Shown one piece after another: positions 1 to 9,564 of a stretch of DNA of 64,000 bases; the first letter of the stretch is position 1, and each line of letters starts with the position of its first letter. The DNA is taken from NCBI GenBank assembly GCA_964416665.1, contig CAYQFA010000001.1:40082-104081 (forward strand), read 5' to 3'. The DNA comes from an uncultured Candidatus Saccharibacteria bacterium. GTDB taxonomy: Bacteria; Patescibacteriota; Minisyncoccia; UBA6257; 2-01-FULL-56-20. The translations under genes and the position numbers were made by a program. Below the pieces are notes generated by a model. That model ran no database searches. It was not told the origin of the DNA and was given only the letters and a program-made list of their open reading frames with translations.

Positions 1-1212
1 GATGAGTTTGATGTCGCCCTTGGGGGCATGGCCGGAAGAGTGGATGTCCACAAGCGCCGAGTGGAAGACGATCGCGCCCTGGCGCGCCAGATTGTCCTTC
101 ACGGTCTGCACGCTTTTCTCATTGCCCGGAATGACGGATGACGAGAGCACGAACGTGTCGCCCGGCTTGATCTTGATGTGGCGGTGCTCGCCGTTTATGA
201 TTTTCATAAGGCCGGCGTTCGATTCGCCCTGGGCGCCGGTGGAAAGGATCATTACTTTATCATCTTTGAATTTACTGACCTCCTCCACGGAGATGAGCGT
301 GCCCTCTTTCGCCTTCACAAAGCCGAGGTTCTGCGCGATCTGGATGTTCGTCTTCATTGAGTAGCCGTTCAGCGCGACCTTGCGGCCAAGTTTCTCGGCG
401 ATCTTGATGATCTCCGCGATGCGCGTGATGAGAGAAGAGAACGTCGCCACGACGATGCGGCCCTCGGCAGCCCTGAATATCTCTTCGAGATTTTTCTCCA
501 CGGTTTTTTCCGAGACCGAATGGCCGGGCTTCTCTGCATTCGTGCTGTCCACCATGAAGGTGTGCACGCCCATTTTGCCGAGCTTTTCGAACTCCTCGAG
601 GCCGTGCGGGTTGCCTTCGTCATCGTAGTCAAGACGGAAGTCCGCGAAGTGGACGATGTTGCCGATCGGCGTCTTCATCATTACGCCGGTCGTTTCCGGG
701 ATCGTATGCGGTACGCCGAAGAACAGCGCAGTGAAGTTGTTCGAGAGTTTCATTTCGTCGCCATTTTTGACGATCTGGATATTCATTTTCGGCGCGTTCG
801 GAAAATCGTCGGCGCGCTTTTCGATGATCGCCTTTGTGATGGATGTCGCGTAGATCGGAGGATTGCCGAGCCGGCCGAGCACGTGCGGCAGTGCGCCAAT
901 GTGGTCATAGTGGCCGTGCGTCAGAATGATGGCGGCGATGTTTTGTTTCCTTTTTTCGAGATAATCGACGTTTGGGATGATGTAATCGATTCCCGGGGTT
1001 TCTTCTTCGGGGAACTGCAGACCCATATCAATGATCACGATCTCATTCTTGTACTCCAGAAATGAGCAGTTGCGGCCGACCTCTTCAAGCCCACCAAGCG
1101 GCACAAGGCGCACCGCGTCCGGGTTGGATCTTTCATTGGGATCGCGGGCGACCATCGGCTTCGGACCCAGTTTCGAGTTTGGCACATTGATGACGCCTGG
1201 CCGTGGGCCCAT
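1..1212 (-). CDS. rnj: ribonuclease J (metallo-beta-lactamase / beta-CASP family); the C-terminal end lies beyond the window edge
   Basis: The minus-strand frame ending at nt 1 translates to MGPRPGVINVPNSKLGPKPMVARDPNERSNPDAVRLVPLGGLEEVGRNCSFLEY...ILTHGHYDH...GDIKLI. The HxHxDH zinc motif is encoded at 901-918 (reverse complement). It is absent from the ORF track because no stop codon falls inside the window. The ATG at 1212 is tentative, since the frame stays open further upstream. Confidence 0.75.
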   Translation of the reverse strand, partial: MGPRPGVINVPNSKLGPKPMVARDPNERSNPDAVRLVPLGGLEEVGRNCSFLEYKNEIVIIDMGLQFPEEETPGIDYIIPNVDYLEKRKQNIAAIILTHGHYDHIGALPHVLGRLGNPPIYATSITKAIIEKRADDFPNAPKMNIQIVKNGDEMKLSNNFTALFFGVPHTIPETTGVMMKTPIGNIVHFADFRLDYDDEGNPHGLEEFEKLGKMGVHTFMVDSTNAEKPGHSVSEKTVEKNLEEIFRAAEGRIVVATFSSLITRIAEIIKIAEKLGRKVALNGYSMKTNIQIAQNLGFVKAKEGTLISVEEVSKFKDDKVMILSTGAQGESNAGLMKIINGEHRHIKIKPGDTFVLSSSVIPGNEKSVQTVKDNLARQGAIVFHSALVDIHSSGHAPKGDIKLI

Positions 1213-1639
1213 CGCTCGCGGCGAGGCGGAACGCGGACCTCGCGGCCGATCTCCATGTTCGCGGTGCTCACGTGTCCCCGGCGCTTGGCGTGAGGCCTGG
1301 CCGTGGTTATTATGCGCCGGCGTCGGTGCTGCCATCGGCATCGCCATTGATGGCCGCATCGCCGGGCCTGTCGGTGCCGGCCGTCGGCGTATTTCCGGCG
1401 GCTTTATCCTGGGCCGCTCGGTTGGTTTTTGATTTTCGTTTTTCTTTATCATTTGTTTCTTTTATTTTTAATGTTTAATTTTTTTTATTTAAAATGCTTA
1501 CGTTTTCTGTTTTTTTGTTTAGTTTGTTTTTGTCGCCTAAAATCCGGCCGGAGTTCATCGGCGCGATGTCTTACGATGCTTGACTATGAGGTCTGACATG
1601 AAATGCAATTTGCCATTGTCGCGATGCTTTTTCGATCTG

Positions 1640-1723
1640 TGCCCTCCAGAGGATTTGAACCTCCACGGGATTGCTCCCACAGCGACCTGAACGCTGCGCG
1701 TCTGCCGGTTTCGCCAGGAGGGC
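1640..1723 (-). tRNA. tRNA-Leu(CAG), class II with a long variable arm; CCA not encoded
   Basis: The reverse complement folds as a cloverleaf. Acceptor stem GCCCTCC/GGAGGGC; anticodon stem CAGCG/CGCTG with loop TTCAGGT (anticodon CAG, G37); variable arm GGGA-GCAA-TCCC; T arm GGAGG-TTCAAAT-CCTCT. Confidence 0.8.
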
Positions 1724-1831
1724 AGAACAATCCACTTCTCCGTCACTTTAGAAGGAGTAACCGTCTTAGTGCTTCCAGTATACCACGGCGGTCGTCCTTT
1801 GGTCAATCAGCGCTTTGTCCTGCCCGAGTAG

Positions 1832-3490
1832 TCACTTCAAGACCCGCGCAGTATCAAGATACCAGCCACTGATATCACGGAAGCGATCGGAGGGATCGAT
1901 GAGGAGGCTGCTGGTCGTGATGCCCTGTACGTTGTTGTTGGCAATATAGAGATAATCTGGCGAGTAGAGGAATGTTGCGGGGTAGCCTGCAACGATCTCG
2001 TTTTGCGCCGCCGTCATCTCTTGCGAGGTCGTCGCGCTCTCCGGGGCCTGTCGTGCCGATTCGATCAGTGAATCGGCGGCGCCGTCATCATAGATGGCAA
2101 GATTGAGACCGGGATAGAAACGTTGCGACGAGTCCCAGAAGGAGTAGAGGTCGGAGCTCGGGCCGAGAACATTGCCGAAGAGCAGCGCTTCATAGTCGCG
2201 GTTTTTTATGGCATTCGCAACAATGTCGCTTGGCGAGTCGGTGGTGATGTTCACCTGCACGCCGATCGTCTGCCACGCGACCTGAAGGGCGTTCGCGGTT
2301 TTCTCCAAAAAATCGATCTGCGGTACCGTGAGATTTATAGTGAGCGGGATATCGCTCCCTTTGATGGTCTTCGAACGGAAAGTACTTGAACCGAGGGTCC
2401 ATCCGGCGTTGTCCAGAAGATCTTCGGAAAATTGGGCTGACGAAGTGGTCGGCGTCGGTGCGTAGTAGGCGGCATTTTCCGGGATCGGTCCGTATTCCGG
2501 CGTTGCTTTTTGCGCGGTGCTGCCATCGCCGAAGGTTTGATCGATAAGATCGTTCCTGTCGATGGCTGCCGAAAGCGCCTCGCGCACCGCCGGATCCTGT
2601 AGTGCGATATTCTTGCTTTGGTTGAAAAAGACCGCATAGTATCCTGCCGTCCGCCATGAGAAGATATCATACGGTCGCGCAATTTCGGAGACGTCCTCGG
2701 GCGAGGCGTTGCCGAAGCCGTCGATCTGTCCGGCGTTGAAACTTTTTACAAGGGCGTTCTCGTCGTTGAAAAACTTAAAATCGAAATCTTGGATGAGCGG
2801 CTTGGCGTCGCTGGTGCCGTTCCATGCGGTGAGATCATATGAAGAGATGAAGCCGTCCGAATCCTTATTATAAGAGACAAATTTATACGGGCCGCTGCCT
2901 ACCGGTTTCAGGTTGTAGTCGGAAAGCCGCCAATTGCCCGGCGGGGTATCCGCAAAAATGTGCTTCGGCAGGATGTAGAGATTTTTAAGGTTGCTACCGA
3001 AGAAGGCGTATGGCGCCGCGAGCGTAAACTGCACCTCCAATTCGCTCGAGCGGCTCACCGTCACGCCTTGCCACATTTGGTAGAGCGGCGAGTTGGCATC
3101 GGGATTTTGGATGGATTGCACCGTGAACACGACGTCATCAGCCGTCAGCTTCGCGCCATCCTGCCAAAAAAGGTTATCTTTAATGCGGACCGTCCACGTT
3201 TTCAGGTCCGGCGACGCCGTGACGCTGTCGGAAAGATCCGAAAGATTGTCGTATACCAACTTTGTGAGTCCCAGGTCCGTTTCCGAGGAAGCAATGACGG
3301 GGTTGACGTACTCGGGCTGCCCGACGACCCCTTCGGTGTATTCGCCGCCTGCCTCAGGAACGGCCTTGGTGATCTGCGCGATGACGATGCCCATGACGAC
3401 GGCGAAACTTACGATCGCCCCCGCGGCGGCACAAAGGAACGTTATGCGTTCTTTTTTCGTGAACGCGTCAAATATTTTTTTAAACCACAT
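1832..3490 (-). CDS. ABC transporter substrate-binding protein, family 5 (peptide/nickel/OppA-DppA-like); orphan, no permease genes nearby
   Basis: 552-aa ORF with ATG start and an N-terminal signal/TM segment. Overall SBP_bac_5-like sequence character (…WQDGAKLTADDVVFT…, …GSGPYKFVSY…). Confidence 0.55.
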   Translation of the reverse strand: MWFKKIFDAFTKKERITFLCAAAGAIVSFAVVMGIVIAQITKAVPEAGGEYTEGVVGQPEYVNPVIASSETDLGLTKLVYDNLSDLSDSVTASPDLKTWTVRIKDNLFWQDGAKLTADDVVFTVQSIQNPDANSPLYQMWQGVTVSRSSELEVQFTLAAPYAFFGSNLKNLYILPKHIFADTPPGNWRLSDYNLKPVGSGPYKFVSYNKDSDGFISSYDLTAWNGTSDAKPLIQDFDFKFFNDENALVKSFNAGQIDGFGNASPEDVSEIARPYDIFSWRTAGYYAVFFNQSKNIALQDPAVREALSAAIDRNDLIDQTFGDGSTAQKATPEYGPIPENAAYYAPTPTTSSAQFSEDLLDNAGWTLGSSTFRSKTIKGSDIPLTINLTVPQIDFLEKTANALQVAWQTIGVQVNITTDSPSDIVANAIKNRDYEALLFGNVLGPSSDLYSFWDSSQRFYPGLNLAIYDDGAADSLIESARQAPESATTSQEMTAAQNEIVAGYPATFLYSPDYLYIANNNVQGITTSSLLIDPSDRFRDISGWYLDTARVLK

Positions 3491-3510
3491 AAGCTGAAAA
3501 CTAAGCTAGG

Positions 3511-3732
3511 TTAGTGCGTCTGTGCGTAAAGCTGATACACGGCGAGCCCGACGAATATCACACAAAGCACGATCGTCGAATAAAAGATCATTTTTTCCAT
3601 TCCGCGGCGCGCCTGATAATAGCCGCTGCTGTCGCCACCCAAAAGCCCGGACATGCCGGACGAGCGTTCCTGAAGCAGGATGAGCGTGATGATGAGCGCT
3701 GAAATGATGACTTGGATGATGGCGATGGTCAT
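3511..3732 (-). CDS. secG: preprotein translocase subunit SecG
   Basis: 73 aa with two TM helices and the SecG-like core LLQERSSGMSGLLGGDSSG (LLQ.gKg.Gl..fGg). Confidence 0.6.
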   Translation of the reverse strand: MTIAIIQVIISALIITLILLQERSSGMSGLLGGDSSGYYQARRGMEKMIFYSTIVLCVIFVGLAVYQLYAQTH

Positions 3733-4097
3733 AATGCGAGATGAATGACGAAATTGATGACGCTCACGATGAGCGTCGCGAAGAAAAGCGCCGGAATGCT
3801 CTGTATCATAATGCTTCCGCGCAGAAAGTCAATGTGATTCGCGACGATGGGCAGGAGATAGAGGATAAGCGCATTCACGACGATGAGGCCGAGGCCGAGC
3901 GTGAGAATTATGACCGGGCCGAGCACAAGCGTGAGGACGGGCTTCAGGAGGAAATTCAGTAACGAGAGGATGAGTGCGACCAGAACGATCGCTACCCAGT
4001 TGCCGTGCAGCGCAAAACCGGGAACGTATTGGTTCGCAAGCCACAACGCGAGGGCGTTGCCTCCTATCATGAGAATTGCCCGTCCAAGCCAGTTCAT
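3729..4097 (-). CDS. small 4-TM membrane protein (DUF360 / phage-holin-superfamily-IV-like)
   Basis: 122 aa, four hydrophobic helices. Its stop overlaps the secG start by 4 nt, indicating translational coupling. Confidence 0.4.
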   Translation of the reverse strand: MNWLGRAILMIGGNALALWLANQYVPGFALHGNWVAIVLVALILSLLNFLLKPVLTLVLGPVIILTLGLGLIVVNALILYLLPIVANHIDFLRGSIMIQSIPALFFATLIVSVINFVIHLAL

Positions 4098-4115
4098 AGT
4101 TCCATTGTACCAGAT

Positions 4116-5651
4116 TTACATCAACCCATCCAGAATGCTCCTACCGGTCATCTCTTCGGGCTTCGGGATCCCCATAAGCTCAAGCATGGTCGGCGCGACA
4201 TCGGCAAGGGAGCCGAGCGTCTCGATTGCCAGATCGTTGACGTTGACGAACTTCCGCCCTTTGAGTTGCTCGCTCACGAGATAGAGTGGGACGGGGCTCG
4301 CGACGTGCTGGCTTTCAGGAAGGCCGGTCACTTCATTGATCAACTCTTCTATGTGGCCATGATCGGAGGTGATAACAAGGAGGACATCAGGGCTATCCAC
4401 GGTTTTTATGACGCGGGAGATCTCGCGATCGATGACTTTTACCACTTCGATGCTCGCTTCGTAGTTTGCGGTGTGGGCGATCGCGTCGGGGTTCGCATAA
4501 TTTACCAGAATGAAATCGAATGCCCTGCTTCGGATGGCTTCAATAAGGCGGTCGGTGACCGCAGTCGCCATCATTTCCGGATGTTCTTCGGGATGGAGGC
4601 CCGAGGCCGAAGGGATGAGCGCGCGGAATTCTCCGGGAAACGGTTGTTCGCGAAGGCCGTTGAAGAAATAAGTGACGTGGGCATATTTATAGCTTTCGGC
4701 GATGCGGATCTGGGTAAGCCCCCTGTCGCTCAATACTTTTCCTATCGGATTTTCCACGATGTCCGCGGGGAAGGCGACCGGGACGGAGAATGCGTCGTTG
4801 TAATGTGTCATGGTCGCGACAAAAAGATCTTTGAACGGAAGAATTGGGAATTTGTCGAAACCCGGCGTGATGAAGGAGGATGCGAGTTGCTGAATGCTGT
4901 CTTCGCGATAATTAAAAAAGAACAACGAATCGCCGTCCTGGATCTTTCTATCTTCGGCAAAGCGCATCGGCGAAAGATATTCCTCGGTTTGGCCTTGTTT
5001 ATAGGTCGCTTCCACAATAGGCGCGAAATCGGCGACGATCTGTCCGGATTGCCCCGTCATGGTCTGATAGGCCGTTTCGGTGAGCTGCCAGTTTCCCTCG
5101 CGATCCATTGCGTAATAGCGTCCAATGAGCGATGCGAGATATTCTGTAGGGATCTGCTTGAGGAATCCCTCAAGAGTGTGCGGTGCGCTGTCTTTCCCGT
5201 CGGCGAAAAGATGGAGGTTTATTTTGGGCACTTTTTCATCTTTCGCCATTTTAACGAGCGCTACAATATGTTCCAAAGCGGCGTGGACGTTGCCTTTCGA
5301 GAGCAGTCCCGCGAAATTGATCGCCGAGTTGCGTTCTCGCGCGTGGGCACAGGCATCTTTAAGGACCTTGTTCTCAAAGAAGGTACCATCGTGGATCGCC
5401 ATTGTTATCTTCGGATAGTACTGGTAGAGCACCTTTCCGGCGCCGAGCGTCAAGTGTCCCACTTCGCTGTTGCCGACCTCGCCCCACGGCAGGCCAACCG
5501 AAATGCCCGACGCCTGAAGGCTCGTGGTCGGATAATTATCCTGGAGCCACTGGAAGATCTGTGGCTTCACGACGTAGATCGGATTTGATTCGTTGTTGTG
5601 CCCGATACCCCAGCCGTCGAGAACGATAAGGACGGCGATTTTCTTTGCCAT
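4116..5651 (-). CDS. gpmI: 2,3-bisphosphoglycerate-independent phosphoglycerate mutase
   Basis: 511 aa. Metal-binding and catalytic motifs of iPGM are present: LIVLDGWGIG, SEVGHLTLGAG and ITSDHGHIEE. Confidence 0.85.
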   Translation of the reverse strand: MAKKIAVLIVLDGWGIGHNNESNPIYVVKPQIFQWLQDNYPTTSLQASGISVGLPWGEVGNSEVGHLTLGAGKVLYQYYPKITMAIHDGTFFENKVLKDACAHARERNSAINFAGLLSKGNVHAALEHIVALVKMAKDEKVPKINLHLFADGKDSAPHTLEGFLKQIPTEYLASLIGRYYAMDREGNWQLTETAYQTMTGQSGQIVADFAPIVEATYKQGQTEEYLSPMRFAEDRKIQDGDSLFFFNYREDSIQQLASSFITPGFDKFPILPFKDLFVATMTHYNDAFSVPVAFPADIVENPIGKVLSDRGLTQIRIAESYKYAHVTYFFNGLREQPFPGEFRALIPSASGLHPEEHPEMMATAVTDRLIEAIRSRAFDFILVNYANPDAIAHTANYEASIEVVKVIDREISRVIKTVDSPDVLLVITSDHGHIEELINEVTGLPESQHVASPVPLYLVSEQLKGRKFVNVNDLAIETLGSLADVAPTMLELMGIPKPEEMTGRSILDGLM

Positions 5652-5679
5652 TGCTTCATTCTAACAGATTTTGCTTTTA

Positions 5680-5708
5680 TTGACCGCCGCGCCATTTCAC
5701 GGTATCAT
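5680..5708 (+). promoter_or_regulatory. sigma70-like promoter for rny
   Basis: TTGACC (5680-5685), 17-nt spacer, TATCAT (5703-5708). Lies in the divergent gpmI/rny intergenic region, ~63 nt upstream of the rny ATG. Confidence 0.4.
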
Positions 5709-5771
5709 AAGAACAATTAAAACGTCATTAAATGAGCTCTAAAAATTTAGGGATTACCTATAACAACTATT

Positions 5772-7298
5772 ATGGAAAGTTCTACAGCGCTTATCGCCGC
5801 TCTCTTTCTCGTGATTGGGGCAGCAGTCGGTTACTTTACGCGGGGTTCCTGGGCAACTAAAAAACAGGGTGAGGTCGAGGAGAAAATAAAAAAGAGCATC
5901 GCCGAGGCGGAGACAAAGGCGAAGGAGATAGTGATAGACGCCAAGGAAAAGGCGGCGTCGCTTTTGGTCGAGATAAAGAATGATGAGCGGGATCGCCGGA
6001 AGGAGATCGAGTCGCTCGAATCGCGCATATTACATCGCGAAGAGTCGCTCGACAAGAAGTTGACCGACCTTGCAGCCGAGGAAACAAAGCTGAAGACGAA
6101 AGATCAACAGCTGAAGGAGAAGGAGGAGTTGGTGGCCAAGAAAGAAGGGGAGATCGACGGGCGCCTAGAAAAGATAGGCAACCTTTCAATAGCGGAAGCA
6201 AAAGAGGAGATTTTGCGCCGTGCGCGCGAGGATCGTGCGCAGGACCTTGCCCAGAGCATCCAAAAGATCGATCGCGAGAACCGCGACGACGTCGAAAAGC
6301 GTGCGAATGACATCATTACGATAGCGCTCCAGCGTTATGCGCGTTCGCATGTCGCCGAAATGACCACCACGCTTTTCCCGCTTGGGGACGAGGAATTCAA
6401 GGGGAAGATCATTGGTCGTGAGGGGAGGAATATCCGCGCGCTTGAGCGTGCGACCGGCGTGGAGTTCATTATTGATGAGGCTCCGGATGCGATCATCATC
6501 TCGTCGTTCGACCCGTATCGCCGCGAGACCGCGCGGCTGGCGCTCGAAAAACTCATTAAAGACGGCCGTATTCAACCCGCGAAGATCGAGGAAAAGGTGG
6601 AAGAGGCGAAGTCCGAGCTCGTAAAGCGCACACAGGAGATCGGCGAGAGTGCGGCGCAGGATCTCGGCGTTTACGATCTTCCGAAAGAATTGCTTCAACT
6701 TATCGGTCGGCTCCATTTCCGCACAAGCTACGGTCAGAACGTGCTCACCCACTCGGTGGAAATGGCGTATATTGCCGAGATGATGGCGCGCGAGCTTGGT
6801 TTGAATTCCGAAGTTGCGAAGAAAGGCGCGTTGCTCCACGACATCGGCAAAGCCGTCGATCAGGAGGTGGAAGGCACGCATGTCGATCTCGGCATGAAAC
6901 TGCTCAAAAAATATAATATAGATGAACGCGTGATCGAGGCGATGCAATCGCATCACGACGATTATCCGTATGCGCGCCCCGAGGCCTACGTGGTGACGGC
7001 GGCGGACGTGCTTTCGGCGGCGCGCCCGGGCGCGCGGCGTGGGACCCTCGAAAATTACGTAAAGCGCCTTGCCGACCTTGAGAAGATCGCGGGCGAGTTT
7101 CAGGGCGTTAAGAGCGCCTACGCGATCGCCGCCGGACGCGAACTCCGCGTGTTCGTGATCCCCGAAAAGGTGGACGACTTCCGCGCGCTCGAACTTGCCC
7201 GTGAGATTGCCAACCGCATCCAATCGGAGTTAAAATATCCTGGTGAAATAAAAGTGAACGTCATTCGGGAAATGAGGGCTGTGGAATACGCCCGCTAG
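5772..7298 (+). CDS. rny: ribonuclease Y
   Basis: 508 aa. N-terminal TM helix, a long coiled-coil, a KH domain (IIGREGRNIRALE) and an HD domain (LLHDIGKA…). Confidence 0.85.
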   Translation: MESSTALIAALFLVIGAAVGYFTRGSWATKKQGEVEEKIKKSIAEAETKAKEIVIDAKEKAASLLVEIKNDERDRRKEIESLESRILHREESLDKKLTDLAAEETKLKTKDQQLKEKEELVAKKEGEIDGRLEKIGNLSIAEAKEEILRRAREDRAQDLAQSIQKIDRENRDDVEKRANDIITIALQRYARSHVAEMTTTLFPLGDEEFKGKIIGREGRNIRALERATGVEFIIDEAPDAIIISSFDPYRRETARLALEKLIKDGRIQPAKIEEKVEEAKSELVKRTQEIGESAAQDLGVYDLPKELLQLIGRLHFRTSYGQNVLTHSVEMAYIAEMMARELGLNSEVAKKGALLHDIGKAVDQEVEGTHVDLGMKLLKKYNIDERVIEAMQSHHDDYPYARPEAYVVTAADVLSAARPGARRGTLENYVKRLADLEKIAGEFQGVKSAYAIAAGRELRVFVIPEKVDDFRALELAREIANRIQSELKYPGEIKVNVIREMRAVEYAR

Positions 7299-7332
7299 CA
7301 AACGATCATAACTTGGAATATAATTACCTCAT

Positions 7333-8826
7333 ATGAACACTGATACCGTTTTTGCCCATCCGGTGACCACCGCTGTCATCGCTGCGTTTCTCCTTGTCGG
7401 CATCGTCGGCAAGCTCATGAAGGTTTCCTTCGAAAGGATCGCGCAGTGGTACCTGTATATTTCGGCCTTTTCCGTTCTTGTGGTGATGAACTCAATATTC
7501 TTTCCCTTCATTGGCGGAAAGGATTATTTTTTCAGGTTCGCGATAGAATTGGCCCTGATCTGTGTGTTGCTGTGGTGGGGATTTGAGGCGAAGTCCGGAG
7601 ATCTTAAGCGCCGGCTGGCAATTATGTTTAAAAAGCCGCTTGTCATCGCGACGACCGTATTCGCGGTCGTGTTCGAGCTTGCGTGCCTTTTTGCCTACGA
7701 TATGCATGCGGCATTCTGGTCAAATTATGAGCGCGGGGAAGGCGGGTTCCAGATGCTTCACTACTATCTCTTTTTCCTGCTTTTGGTGTTCCTTTTCACC
7801 GAAGAAAAACAATGGAAAAATCTTTTCAATTTTTCTCTGGTTTCGGCCGGGCTCATGATTCTTTACGGCCTCGCCGGAAATTATTCGTTGAACGGCTTCA
7901 TTGGTCCGTATGCGGGGGGAACAGCGCCGACGAATTGGTGGCACGAACTGATCGACGGCAGATTCCAGGGAACGCTTGGCAACCCGGCGTACGTTGACCC
8001 CTATTTCATCTTCTCCATGTTTTATGTCGGTTATCTTTGGACATCGGCGAAGATCGCCGGAAAGTCCCTGAAAGTTTGGGGATGGGTCTACGCCGCGCTT
8101 ATCGCTATCTTCTCAATCTTCTTTGTTTTGGGGCAAACGCGTGGCGCTTTCCTGGGACTTGGAGCGGGCGTTCTTGCATTCCTTATCTATCTGATCTTTT
8201 CCTCAAGTCGCAAGGTCCAAAAGTGGTCATCGCTCGCGCTCGGCATCCTTATCATCCTTGGTATTGGCCTGTATGCGGTGCGGAACACTTCCTACGTGCA
8301 GAATTTGCCCGAGGGGAGGTTGTTACAGATCAGCCTTTCCGACACGACTGCCCAGACGCGTTTCTGGGTCTGGGGTGAGGCATGGAAAGGATTCCTTGAT
8401 AGGCCGATCCTCGGCTGGGGTCCCGAGAATTTCACCACGGTCTTTGATAAATATTTCAATCCGAACTTCTACATTCCCGGCCAAAATTCGGAAACGTGGT
8501 TCGATCGGGCGCATAGCATTTACTTCGATTATCTTGTCGAGACCGGCATCATCGGGTTGATCAGCTATTTGGCGATATTCGCGGTTTTCTACTGGAGCCT
8601 TGGCAAAAAAATATTGAAACACCGGAAGGCGTCGCACGAATCCCAGCCGGAAGTGCATCACAAGACGGCGCTCAATATCCAGATCGGCCTGTTGCTCGCG
8701 ATCCCGCTTGCGTATCTTGTCCAGGGTGTTGCAATATTCGACGTGTTCCCGATGTACATCTGCCTGTTCACCCTTTTTGCGTTCGGAACTTATTACACTA
8801 ATAACTATGGCAACCATGGAAGATAG
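7333..8826 (+). CDS. O-antigen ligase / Wzy_C family polytopic membrane protein (candidate polymerase or O-oligosaccharyltransferase)
   Basis: 497 aa, about 12 TM helices. Carries the Wzy_C signature loop RFWVWGEAWKGFLDRPILGWGPENF. Confidence 0.7.
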   Translation: MNTDTVFAHPVTTAVIAAFLLVGIVGKLMKVSFERIAQWYLYISAFSVLVVMNSIFFPFIGGKDYFFRFAIELALICVLLWWGFEAKSGDLKRRLAIMFKKPLVIATTVFAVVFELACLFAYDMHAAFWSNYERGEGGFQMLHYYLFFLLLVFLFTEEKQWKNLFNFSLVSAGLMILYGLAGNYSLNGFIGPYAGGTAPTNWWHELIDGRFQGTLGNPAYVDPYFIFSMFYVGYLWTSAKIAGKSLKVWGWVYAALIAIFSIFFVLGQTRGAFLGLGAGVLAFLIYLIFSSSRKVQKWSSLALGILIILGIGLYAVRNTSYVQNLPEGRLLQISLSDTTAQTRFWVWGEAWKGFLDRPILGWGPENFTTVFDKYFNPNFYIPGQNSETWFDRAHSIYFDYLVETGIIGLISYLAIFAVFYWSLGKKILKHRKASHESQPEVHHKTALNIQIGLLLAIPLAYLVQGVAIFDVFPMYICLFTLFAFGTYYTNNYGNHGR

Positions 8827-9463
8827 AACCTATCACAAAGTAGCGGCAATAGTCCTTTCGATCGCGATCCTCGGCGTCGCGCTTTACGGCTCGTACCTTC
8901 CGATGAGGAAAGCGCAGATGTTCATCGCCACGTTACAGAGCCTCCAGACCACTCCCGCGACATCATTGTCGGATCTTAAATCTCGCCTTTCTATACCGCT
9001 CGATTATCCTTCGCCGATCGGTCAGGAAGAACTCGTGCGCAACCTGGCGAACAGCGTCCTTTCATTCATACAGCAAGGCGCCGACCCCTCCTCGACCGCC
9101 CAGCTCATGAGTTTCTTGAACAGCTACTACAATCCGATTTTAAATACCGGCAAGGGCATGAGCTTTGGGCAGGATGTTTATCTTGAGGGCGCCATCAACG
9201 AGATAGCGTTTGCCGAGACCGGCGATCAGTCGTATCTTGCTGCCGCCAAGCAGTGGTATCTGGAGGCACGTCAACTCGGTCCCAATCGCCCACAGTCGCT
9301 TTATGGTCTGTTCGATGTTTATCGCGCCGCGAACGACGCGCCGGACACTATCGCGATAGGGGGGCAAATCATCGCCAATTGGCCGAGTGATGCCCGCATT
9401 CAGATGGCACTCCAGCAGTTTATGGCAGCTCAATCTTCGACAGCGACCTCGACGGGGAAGTAG
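8807..9463 (+). CDS. hypothetical membrane-anchored protein (N-terminal TM, helical/TPR-like C-terminal region)
   Basis: The ATG at 8807 (MATMEDRTYHK…) overlaps the end of the Wzy_C gene by 20 nt. The track ORF actually begins further upstream in the same frame. No recognisable catalytic motif. Confidence 0.4.
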   Translation: MATMEDRTYHKVAAIVLSIAILGVALYGSYLPMRKAQMFIATLQSLQTTPATSLSDLKSRLSIPLDYPSPIGQEELVRNLANSVLSFIQQGADPSSTAQLMSFLNSYYNPILNTGKGMSFGQDVYLEGAINEIAFAETGDQSYLAAAKQWYLEARQLGPNRPQSLYGLFDVYRAANDAPDTIAIGGQIIANWPSDARIQMALQQFMAAQSSTATSTGK

Positions 9464-9528
9464 GACGCGGCGATACAATAGAAATCGTAAAAAAGTACTT
9501 GCTCCCTGTGAGGATGGCGGTCGTCTTG

Positions 9529-9558
9529 TTGACTGGCACTGTCAATAAATTGTAATAT
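9529..9558 (+). promoter_or_regulatory. promoter heading the + strand glycan gene block (rfbF … hddC)
   Basis: TTGACT (9529-9534), ~18 nt, TAATAT (9553-9558). The -10 ends only 6 nt before the rfbF ATG, suggesting a leaderless transcript. Confidence 0.4.
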
Positions 9559-9564
9559 CATACC

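Noticed and set aside
4005-5588. 527-aa ORF on the + strand
   Set aside because: Lies entirely antisense to the well-supported gpmI gene. A high-GC shadow ORF with no recognisable motifs.
6186-7223. 345-aa ORF on the - strand
   Set aside because: Antisense to rny (clear KH and HD motifs on the + strand). Arg/His-rich composition typical of a GC-rich shadow frame.
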